Both the position numbers and the translations under genes were made by a program. From contig CP065016.1 of assembly GCA_016700375.1 (NCBI GenBank), forward strand, positions 1 through 32,000: a DNA stretch of 32,000 bases, in the 5' to 3' direction. Position 1 is the first letter of the stretch; each line of letters starts with the position of its first letter. The notes below the pieces were generated by a model that saw only the letters and a program-made list of their open reading frames with translations, was not told the origin of the DNA and ran no database searches. This DNA comes from Candidatus Saccharimonadota bacterium. Lineage in GTDB: Bacteria > Patescibacteriota > Saccharimonadia > Saccharimonadales > UBA4665. Below are positions 1 to 6,440 of the stretch, piece by piece.

Positions 1-48
1 CCGATCCTGGGACCAGAACCCAGTGCCTTACCACTTGGCCAATCCCCA
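1..48 (-). tRNA. tRNA-Gln(CUG), 5' portion only (cut by window edge)
   Basis: The reverse complement reads TGGGGAT-TG-GCCAAGTGGTAAGGC-A-CTGGG-TTCTGGT-CCCAG-GATCGG. That gives the acceptor 5' strand, D arm and anticodon arm with U33, anticodon CTG and R37. It closely resembles canonical bacterial tRNA-Gln. A TATAAT sits upstream on the minus strand at 65-70. The 3' third would lie outside the window. Confidence 0.55.
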
Positions 49-181
49 ATGATTGGCGTTCACTATTATAACGTACGAGGGGGTTTGAATCGAGTCACCT
101 TCGGCGACCCCGTCGCCACATCTTTGCAAACCAGTTTGCAAGAGTGGACTCCCTTGCAACCCGCCACAGGCGGCTTTCACC

Positions 182-229
182 CCGATCCTGGGACCAGAAC
201 CCAGTGCCTTACCACTTGGCCAATCCCCA
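182..229 (-). pseudogene. Second, identical tRNA-Gln(CUG) 5' segment lacking a T arm and acceptor 3' strand
   Basis: It is 48/48 identical to 1-48 and ends at the same mature 5' nucleotide. Downstream on the minus strand it continues GTGAAAGCCGCCTGTGGCGG. There is no TTCGAAT-type loop and no run able to pair with UGGGGAU before the next copy. Confidence 0.5.
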
Positions 230-511
230 TTACATTATTGGCTATACGTGAGTGCAGAATTTCCGGTCTTATACATGCACTGGAGCAGTGCCTTGTCACG
301 ATAATCCGTCGGCTGAGGGATTATCGTGACCACATATTCTGCGGTCCCGTCGTCGACATGCTACAACTGAGTTGTAACCTGTCGAGCGACCTTGCAATGA
401 GCCACAGGCTCATCTCACCCGCCTCAGCTCGGCTTACTTTCGTTCGTCCGGGCTTCCGGCCTTGCGATTCGCCACAGGCGACTCTCACACTTGGCCAATT
501 CCTAACGAACA
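230..511 (-). ncRNA. Unclassified structured RNA-like region upstream of the tRNA-Gln-like units
   Basis: An extended -10 (TGCTATACT, minus strand, 518-526) lies upstream. A perfect 13-bp stem spans 295-330. An 8-bp stem at 360-378 has a G-U pair only on the minus strand. A helix pairs 505-511 with 441-447. A repeated hairpin module occurs at 390-419 and 460-488, and again at 152-181. The overlapping ORFs (49-582 plus strand, 321-527 minus strand) look spurious. Confidence 0.3.
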
Positions 512-565
512 GGGGAAAGTATAGCAAATCTTTAGGTTTGGCTCAAGGTTGGAGTGTAATTGAGC

Positions 566-766
566 ATGAGCAATTTTCTTAGAACCTACGATGTGATACC
601 ATCAAACGCTATGAGGTTTATTCTAACGGCTGTTATTGTCGGTGTATTTGCGTATCTGCCCGTCTGGGCGTTTGATAGTCTTGTTTTGCCACAGCTCAAT
701 AGTCTCAGCCATTTGTACCAATCGGCCGGAGACACAGCTGACCGAATCGCACCTGATAAAGAGTAG
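566..766 (+). CDS. Hypothetical small membrane protein (66 aa)
   Basis: ATG at 566 with GGAG about 11 nt upstream. One clear TM helix (FILTAVIVGVFAYLPVWAF). No recognisable family. Confidence 0.3.
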   Translation: MSNFLRTYDVIPSNAMRFILTAVIVGVFAYLPVWAFDSLVLPQLNSLSHLYQSAGDTADRIAPDKE

Positions 767-812
767 GAAAGCCCAAATAACGATTCATTACGACGAAGAA
801 GGCAAACCGGTC

Positions 813-852
813 GCTATGGATCCCCACGGCTTTCGCCGTGGGGATCCATAGC
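813..852. repeat. Perfect 18-bp inverted repeat (GCTATGGATCCCCACGGC-TTTC-GCCGTGGGGATCCATAGC)
   Basis: Read directly from the sequence. It shares the ATGGATCC termini with the other hairpin repeats in the window. No T-tract follows it. Confidence 0.8.
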
Positions 853-983
853 ACCACAAGCGCTTACGGGCATTTTGGCAAAGCAGATTTGCCATGGGAA
901 CAAATCACAATGTGGCGTAAGTAGACTATTGTTTGCGACAGGTAGATTCCTCTACAAGCAGTATACGATAGGCACACCTTCAA

Positions 984-1931
984 CTATGATTTTGAGTCGA
1001 CTATTATTTTGAGTTTTGGTTCAATTAGTTTTCGTGTGAGGTCAAGTAAGGCGAGTGAAATAAACGGAGTTAAGATTGCAAAGACGTACAGTATGGGAGC
1101 TGGTCGCGAACCGGCTGCAATAACAAGAAAGATATTTATCATATTGCAGACACTATGTGCGAGAACAGGGACATAGAACGAGCCAGTTTTAAAATACAGT
1201 AGGCTTGCAATTATGCCAAAGATGGTTAAGAAAACCACTTGTTTGTTCTGGCCTTCGCCACCATGAGACATGGCAAATACTACCGCGGAGATGGCAATTG
1301 GCATGACTATCATCAAGACGCGGCCGGCTAGACTACGAAATCGTGAAAATTTGTCGTAGAGCCCTCGCATAATAATACCTCTGTACACAATATCTTCGCC
1401 AAGTGGTGCACCGACTGCCATTGCAAACATGAGCATAAAATCACGCAAGAAGTTATCGCCCATAACAAGTTGGTCTGCAACCTTTTGACTGGCTGCTTTT
1501 ACCTCGGGGAAAAGGGGCGCGATGAGTTGGGCTATCAATACAAACAATATACCGCCGCCAATCGCCCATAAATAATCTGTACGATGTTTTGGTCGCACCA
1601 GCCCAAGCTCGGTTTGCTGATATTTTTTGCCACTCCAAAGCCGCATAGCAGTAATACCGAGTACAAATAGAAATAGATATTGCATGGGTAAGGCAATATA
1701 AGCGTTGTCGTTTACGAATTTTGTGAGACTCTCGGCACTTTGCATATTATTGCCAGCAAATGCTTGCAGTATAAATCCAGGCACAACTGCACCAACTATA
1801 GCGATAATGAAGCCGACGAAGGCGCGACCCAGACCCCATGTACCTGGCTGCAGATTAACCCAAGAAAAAGGCGCTTTTTTATTTTTTGATGACTCTGTAA
1901 GTATTGAATCTGATTTTCCCATACACTTCAT
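984..1931 (-). CDS. CPBP-family (CAAX/Abi) intramembrane metalloprotease
   Basis: Polytopic membrane protein carrying GAPLGEDIVYRG (the EExxxR-type motif), FAMSHG and HSVCNMI (the H..N motif). AAGGA lies upstream of the ATG. Confidence 0.7.
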   Translation of the reverse strand: MKCMGKSDSILTESSKNKKAPFSWVNLQPGTWGLGRAFVGFIIAIVGAVVPGFILQAFAGNNMQSAESLTKFVNDNAYIALPMQYLFLFVLGITAMRLWSGKKYQQTELGLVRPKHRTDYLWAIGGGILFVLIAQLIAPLFPEVKAASQKVADQLVMGDNFLRDFMLMFAMAVGAPLGEDIVYRGIIMRGLYDKFSRFRSLAGRVLMIVMPIAISAVVFAMSHGGEGQNKQVVFLTIFGIIASLLYFKTGSFYVPVLAHSVCNMINIFLVIAAGSRPAPILYVFAILTPFISLALLDLTRKLIEPKLKIIVDSKS

Positions 1932-1964
1932 TATATCCTTAGGACGTTCTATGCTTCAACCTTT

Positions 1965-2771
1965 TTATTCAATATCGCGGTAGCGGAAACCAAGCATAGC
2001 TACAATAGTGCCCAGCATAAAAACCAATAATAAATACATTACTAAGCCTCGTGGTGTTTTGCCGTGTAATATATCGAGCGGTGTAAAGTAGTGATACGGC
2101 AAGAATTTAACGGGCCATTTAAGCCAGTCGGTTAAGCTGCTGAGACTGGCAAGAATGTAGCCGCCAAACCCAAGCGTGACGGCAATGGTCGTGGCTGCAC
2201 GCTTTGTGAGTTTGCTTGCGGCTTGCAAGGCAAACGCTATAAAACCGTAGCTTAGCGAAAATACTCCATTGTAGAACGTGGCGAGCGTAAGCGCCCAAAT
2301 GCCGATGTGCAGCTCAAAAACTGGTGCAAATAGAATAAGTACCAACCAGGTGACTGAGGTGACAATGGCGAGTTCGGTACATAGTGCAAGTGCCTTACCA
2401 AGTAGTAACTTGCCGCGGGCAATTGGCCGCGCCAGCAAAAGCTCTAGGGTGTGTTCTTGTTCTTCGCGCCCCAGAATACCCGCGCCTCGAGTAATGGCAA
2501 GAATAATCCATATCATAGGGAGTGTTATGTAAAATAGTTGGGAATTGAGAAACTGGGCTGGGTTGCCCACGTCTATCTGGGCAGCTCCGCCGGTTTTCAG
2601 GCCACGCAGCTCCTTTGGCATTTGGTTTATCACGGCATTCATATCCGCAGCCTTATCACGGATAGACGGAAACAGCGCCAAAATGACAAAAGTCATTACT
2701 ACGCTGCCAATAGTCCACCAGAGTATAGCTTTTCGACGCCTGCGTAGCTCCCAAACAATGACATCTTTCAT
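1965..2771 (-). CDS. ABC-2 type transporter permease
   Basis: Six-TM-like hydrophobic profile, directly downstream of an ABC ATPase. I place the start at ATG 2771 (MKDVIVWELRRRR). The longer ORF to 2819 merely reads through a hairpin repeat. Confidence 0.6.
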   Translation of the reverse strand: MKDVIVWELRRRRKAILWWTIGSVVMTFVILALFPSIRDKAADMNAVINQMPKELRGLKTGGAAQIDVGNPAQFLNSQLFYITLPMIWIILAITRGAGILGREEQEHTLELLLARPIARGKLLLGKALALCTELAIVTSVTWLVLILFAPVFELHIGIWALTLATFYNGVFSLSYGFIAFALQAASKLTKRAATTIAVTLGFGGYILASLSSLTDWLKWPVKFLPYHYFTPLDILHGKTPRGLVMYLLLVFMLGTIVAMLGFRYRDIE

Positions 2772-2786
2772 ACGGTAATCGCTCCC

Positions 2787-2813
2787 GTCATCCCGAACTC
2801 GTTTCGGGATCCA
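2787..2813. repeat. GTCATCCCGAA-CTCGT-TTCGGGATCCAT hairpin repeat
   Basis: 8-bp stem 2790-2797/2803-2810. Related copies lie at 5787-5807 and 17743-17763, with compensatory stem changes. Confidence 0.8.
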
Positions 2814-2916
2814 TGCCATGCAGAAAGTAGCAGCTTTACTCGACGCATTGTTGCAGAAACAAGTTCAGCATGACGCATTCTTAACTCATAACTCTTATAT
2901 CTTAACTCTCGTTTTT

Positions 2917-3837
2917 TCATGCGCCGTCTCCGTAGTATTCCAAAAATTCGTCTTCTAGGTTCAGCTGCTCGGTCGTCAGCGCTGTGATGCTGCAGGTGCT
3001 GAGCACTGCGAGTGCCTCGGCAATGGTTTTCTTTGGCTGCACTACCACCGTGTGACCCTCGTGCGAAATAAATTTGAGCGCCCGGTTGGCGCGGAGTTTA
3101 TCGGCATCTTTGGGGTGCGCCAGAACAACCCGAAACGTTGTAGTTGCCAGGTTTTCATCGTTTTTCACTGATTGCTCATGTATGAGCCGACCATGTTTGA
3201 TTATGCCGACGCGGTCGCACATCCGCTGGGCTTCAGCTAGGTTGTGGCTGCTGACAAATACGGCCGCTCCGCGTGCGCTGGCTTCGCGAATGGTCGCGTA
3301 AAACACCTCTTGCATAAGTGGGTCGAGACCGCTTGTCGGTTCGTCGAGTATGAGGACGTCGGGCTGGTGCATAAGCGCTTGAATGATGCCTATTTTTTGG
3401 CGGTTGCCTTTGCTGAGTTCGCCAATTGGCTTTTCTGGCTCGGCTTCAAACCGCTGAATAAGCTCGGCCAGATACTCCGTTTTTAACCGGAGCCTGTCCC
3501 CGGCTTGATCGGGGAATTGCAGTTTTCCCAGATACGAAAACATCTCATTGCCGGTTACTCGCGGCCATAGCGCAATTTCACCCGACAGGTACCCAACGTG
3601 TTTTTTAACCGCCACAGTGTCTTTCACTATATCCAAGCCCATTATGCTCGCCGTGCCACTGGTGGGTTGGATAAAATTCAGCAGCAGCCGAATGGTTGTG
3701 GATTTGCCCGCGCCATTTGCCCCGAGAAACCCGTACACTTCACCTGGACTAACCCGTAAGGTTAGGTTATCGAGCGCTGGGGATGTTGTGCCTTGATATA
3801 GCTTGGTCAACTCCTGAATGTCAATACTATCGCTCAT
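2917..3837 (-). CDS. ABC transporter ATP-binding protein
   Basis: Walker A GANGAGKST, signature LSKGNRQK, Walker B ILDEPTSGLD, and an H-loop SSHN. Confidence 0.9.
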   Translation of the reverse strand: MSDSIDIQELTKLYQGTTSPALDNLTLRVSPGEVYGFLGANGAGKSTTIRLLLNFIQPTSGTASIMGLDIVKDTVAVKKHVGYLSGEIALWPRVTGNEMFSYLGKLQFPDQAGDRLRLKTEYLAELIQRFEAEPEKPIGELSKGNRQKIGIIQALMHQPDVLILDEPTSGLDPLMQEVFYATIREASARGAAVFVSSHNLAEAQRMCDRVGIIKHGRLIHEQSVKNDENLATTTFRVVLAHPKDADKLRANRALKFISHEGHTVVVQPKKTIAEALAVLSTCSITALTTEQLNLEDEFLEYYGDGA

Positions 3838-3843
3838 TATGTT

Positions 3844-3853
3844 TAGTATACTA
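3844..3853. promoter_or_regulatory. Palindromic TAGTATACTA giving a TATACT -10 box in both directions
   Basis: Only 22 bp separate the divergent ATGs at 3837 (minus) and 3860 (plus). TATACT lies 7 nt upstream of each ATG. Neither side has a Shine-Dalgarno sequence. Confidence 0.5.
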
Positions 3854-3859
3854 CGTTCT

Positions 3860-4423
3860 ATGCGACAGATTATTTTGGCAAGTACCTCGCCACGAAGGAA
3901 GGAATTGCTTAACGCAATGGGCTGGGATTTTACGGTAGTGTCGAGTGAGTTTCAGGAATACCTTGATGAAACACGGCTAGTTGAAGAAATTGCTATGGAA
4001 CTTGGCCGGGGAAAAGCGCTCTCCGTTGCAGAACGCTTCCCAGACGCAATCGTCATTGGCAGCGATACCATTGTCACCGTGGGCGAAACGCAACTTGGCA
4101 AGGCTGCAGACATCAACGACGCACGTCGAATGTGGCGGCTCATCACAAGCGCGCCAAACAAGGTTACTTCGTCACTGGCGGTTATTTGTAAGAGCGAAAA
4201 CGTTGAGCATGTCACCTACGACAACGCATGGGTGTATTTAAAACCCTTTAATGAAGCGGCCGTGGAGGCGTATCTTGCCACCGGTGACTACACCGACAAA
4301 GCTGGCGCCTACGCCATTCAGCACATTGGTGACCTGCTCGACCATATCGAAGGTTCCGAAGACACCATTCTTGGCCTTCCGACAGCACTACTAAAAGACA
4401 TCTTTAACAAGAACTTTTTATAA
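3860..4423 (+). CDS. maf: Maf-like nucleoside triphosphate pyrophosphatase
   Basis: ILASTSPRRKELL, GSDTIV and DKAGAYAIQ motifs. Start placed at ATG 3860 (MRQIILAS). Confidence 0.85.
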   Translation: MRQIILASTSPRRKELLNAMGWDFTVVSSEFQEYLDETRLVEEIAMELGRGKALSVAERFPDAIVIGSDTIVTVGETQLGKAADINDARRMWRLITSAPNKVTSSLAVICKSENVEHVTYDNAWVYLKPFNEAAVEAYLATGDYTDKAGAYAIQHIGDLLDHIEGSEDTILGLPTALLKDIFNKNFL

Positions 4424-4473
4424 TTTTTCAAAAAGTAATAAAAGGCATATCCTTTTTCATTTGGGAAAATGTG

Positions 4474-5658
4474 CTATTTGAAAAAGTCGGTGCTGGCGAG
4501 CTCCGGTGGGAGGAAGCCGTCGGGGTGCTGGTAGCCAGCTTCCCATTTGGCGCTACGGCCATAACCGAGGTCTTTCATGAGGCTGGTTGGGGCGTTACGG
4601 AGGCCGAGCGGGACGGGCAGGTCGGGGTACTGTGTGGCGGCGGCTTTTGCTTTGCCCCACGCGTCGTAGCTTTCACGGCTTTTTGGTGACTTAGCCAGTA
4701 CCACGGCGCAGTGGCTGAGGTTAATTTCGGCTTCGGGTAGGCCGATTCGTTCAACTGCTAGGAATGTTGAGACGGCTAAATTGAGCGCGGCAGGTGCGGC
4801 TAAGCCAATATCTTCGCTGGCAAAGACCACCATCCGGCGGGCAATAAACTTTGGGTCTTCGCCTGCCTGAAGCATCCGCGCCATGTAGTAGAGCGCCGCT
4901 GTTGGGTCGCTGCCGCGCATACTCTTTATGAACGCACTAATGATGTTGTAGTGCTGTTCGCCCTTTTTGTCGTAGCCAGGTAATTTTGTCTGGGCGGCCG
5001 TTTCGACCAGTTCTGGCGTAATGGTTTTGCCGAGCGCAAGCCGCTGAGCAAGCTCTAGGTTGCCGAGCGCCACACGGGCATCACCGCCGCTCAAGTCGGC
5101 TAGTAACTCCAGCGATTTCTTGGGCAAAACTTTCGCGCTTAACTTCATTTGTTTCGCGCTTCTCTGTAAAATGGCCATAATTTCACTTCGTTTCAGTGGC
5201 TCTAGTACAAGTACGCGGGCACGGGAAAGCAGGGGGTTTATAACTTCAAAGCTCGGGTTTTCGGTGGTTGCGCCTATGAGCGTAATAGTTCCGGCCTCTA
5301 CGTGCGGCAAAAAAGCGTCTTGTTGCGCTTTGTTAAACCGGTGTATTTCGTCCACAAACAAGATTGTTTGCATGCCAAGCCGCTGGTTTTGCTCCGCGCG
5401 GTCGATAACTTTCACCACATCTGCCTTGCCACTCGTCACCGCGCTAATTTCTACAAACTCGGCACCCGTTTCGGTCGCAATAATCCGCGCGAGTGTGGTT
5501 TTACCCGTGCCGGGCGGTCCCCACAGGATGAGGCTGGTCGGTTCTTTGTTCTGTACAATCTGCCGGATGATTTTTTGTGCGCCCACTAAGTGAGTTTGCC
5601 CCACGACATCGTCGAGCTTACTCGGTCTCATCCTCTCCGCCAACGGCCTCGCATCCAT
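4474..5658 (-). CDS. rarA: Replication-associated recombination protein A (AAA+ ATPase)
   Basis: MRPSKLDDVVGQTHL, Walker A GPPGTGKTTLA, Walker B LFVDEIHRFNK, and a conserved MgsA C-terminal region (GDARVALN-like, YYMARML). Confidence 0.9.
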   Translation of the reverse strand: MDARPLAERMRPSKLDDVVGQTHLVGAQKIIRQIVQNKEPTSLILWGPPGTGKTTLARIIATETGAEFVEISAVTSGKADVVKVIDRAEQNQRLGMQTILFVDEIHRFNKAQQDAFLPHVEAGTITLIGATTENPSFEVINPLLSRARVLVLEPLKRSEIMAILQRSAKQMKLSAKVLPKKSLELLADLSGGDARVALGNLELAQRLALGKTITPELVETAAQTKLPGYDKKGEQHYNIISAFIKSMRGSDPTAALYYMARMLQAGEDPKFIARRMVVFASEDIGLAAPAALNLAVSTFLAVERIGLPEAEINLSHCAVVLAKSPKSRESYDAWGKAKAAATQYPDLPVPLGLRNAPTSLMKDLGYGRSAKWEAGYQHPDGFLPPELASTDFFK

Positions 5659-5741
5659 ATATATAAGTATACTTCTTTTCTGTGGCCATAGCGCTTAGTT
5701 CACAGTGTTAAGCCAATCTCTCCATCATTCCCCCTGCTCCT

Positions 5742-5768
5742 GTCATTCCCGCGCAGGCGGTAATCCAT
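5742..5768. repeat. GTCATTCCCGC-GCAG-GCGGTAATCCAT hairpin repeat (imperfect)
   Basis: It has the same GTCAT...ATCCAT frame as the other hairpin repeats, with one stem mismatch. Confidence 0.6.
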
Positions 5769-5786
5769 GTTTTTTGGTATTTTGTC

Positions 5787-6267
5787 ATGCTGAATTCATT
5801 TCAGCATCCATACGTCTCCCTGACGTCCGTGGGTCTATCTTGCTCTACAGTCTCACTAAATCTTAACTCACGCAAGGCGGCTCTTGGACTGCCATACCGA
5901 CCAACTTTGCTCAGTCAAAATAACACACAGGTTTCGCCCTACAGGGCGACCTACTTTTTCTGCCGAAGAAAAAGTAAGCAAAAAGTCTCGGCCACAGGCT
6001 TCACCTCTCGGTCAGCAGCTGTCAGTTCTACAACCGACATGAGAACTCGTCAGACATGTATTGCCACCGGCAATACATGTCTTCCGAACGCGATGTGTTT
6101 GAATAACACATCGCTACTTGGTCAAGCCGTAAGGGCTTGACTGGCATCAAACAACTCGTGCCGCCTGTCGGAAGTTGTAGAACCTGACAACAGCTGAGCC
6201 AGGAGGCTACGCATGGCCATTTCTAGTTGTATCGCTTCCGCGACGATTGCTTCGGCCGTTCCGGCCG
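5787..6267 (-). ncRNA. Candidate large structured RNA, copy A (unclassified; strand tentative)
   Basis: It aligns block by block with 17743-18116. Hairpins at 5951-5977, 6024-6047, 6054-6080, 6174-6191, 6231-6244 and 6253-6267 have positional counterparts in copy B that differ in sequence but remain paired. No ORF is conserved along the whole length. Confidence 0.45.
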
Positions 6268-6281
6268 CATGCCGATATATC

Positions 6282-6316
6282 AAAAATATTCCCGGATTTA
6301 TTCCGGGAATATTTTT
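6282..6316. terminator. Bidirectional intrinsic terminator
   Basis: AAAAATATTCCCGGA-TTTAT-TCCGGGAATATTTTT forms a perfect 15-bp stem with an A-tract on one side and a T-tract on the other. Confidence 0.7.
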
Positions 6317-6440
6317 ACAATAGTGTTGAAAAGAGCAGTGAGCGGAAGCTAACGAGCCGGTAGGCGAGCTTTAGGGGGTGGAGCGAATATTCGAATTTAT
6401 TTCGGATATGAAGCGGAGGGGCGAGCCCCTCCTTTGTCAT

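Noticed and set aside
152-181. GGGUGAAAG...hairpin...GCAAGG is reminiscent of the RNase P RNA J11/12-P12 region
   Set aside because: The universal GAGGAAAGUCC and ACAGAANCCGGCUUA P4 strands are absent. The motif is also repeated three times, which does not fit RNase P.
1-229. The 181-bp periodic repeat as a CRISPR-like array
   Set aside because: There are only two copies. The repeat is a tRNA 5' segment of 48 nt, the spacer is 133 nt, and no cas genes are present.
49-582. 177-aa ORF on the plus strand across the left-edge region
   Set aside because: It reads through the reverse complement of a tRNA-like segment and a series of hairpins. It has no SD and no plausible protein features.
5060-5593. 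177-aa ORF on the plus strand inside rarA, and similar antisense ORFs in the LysR gene (28935-29408) and uppP (29587-29964, 29878-30252)
   Set aside because: All overlap confidently assigned genes on the opposite strand or in another frame, and their translations are compositionally biased.
6046-6053. CUGACGAG (minus strand) in both RNA copies resembles the hammerhead CUGANGA core
   Set aside because: The stem that follows is not followed by GAAA, and no three-way junction with a UH cleavage site can be drawn.
5787-6140. ORFs 5787-6140 and 17700-17939 share peptide stretches (SLNLNS..A.LGLP, FCRK), hinting at a conserved small protein
   Set aside because: The shared residues fall exactly on the conserved nucleotide blocks and hairpin arms. 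The frames are not conserved along the whole length, indels are not in multiples that preserve a protein, and the second ORF starts inside tgt. RNA-level conservation explains the similarity better.
6194-6204. UCCUGGCUCAG matches the 5' end of 16S rRNA (the 27F primer site)
   Set aside because: Only about 10 nt match. The flanking sequence has no rRNA similarity, and the block occurs in both paralogous copies.
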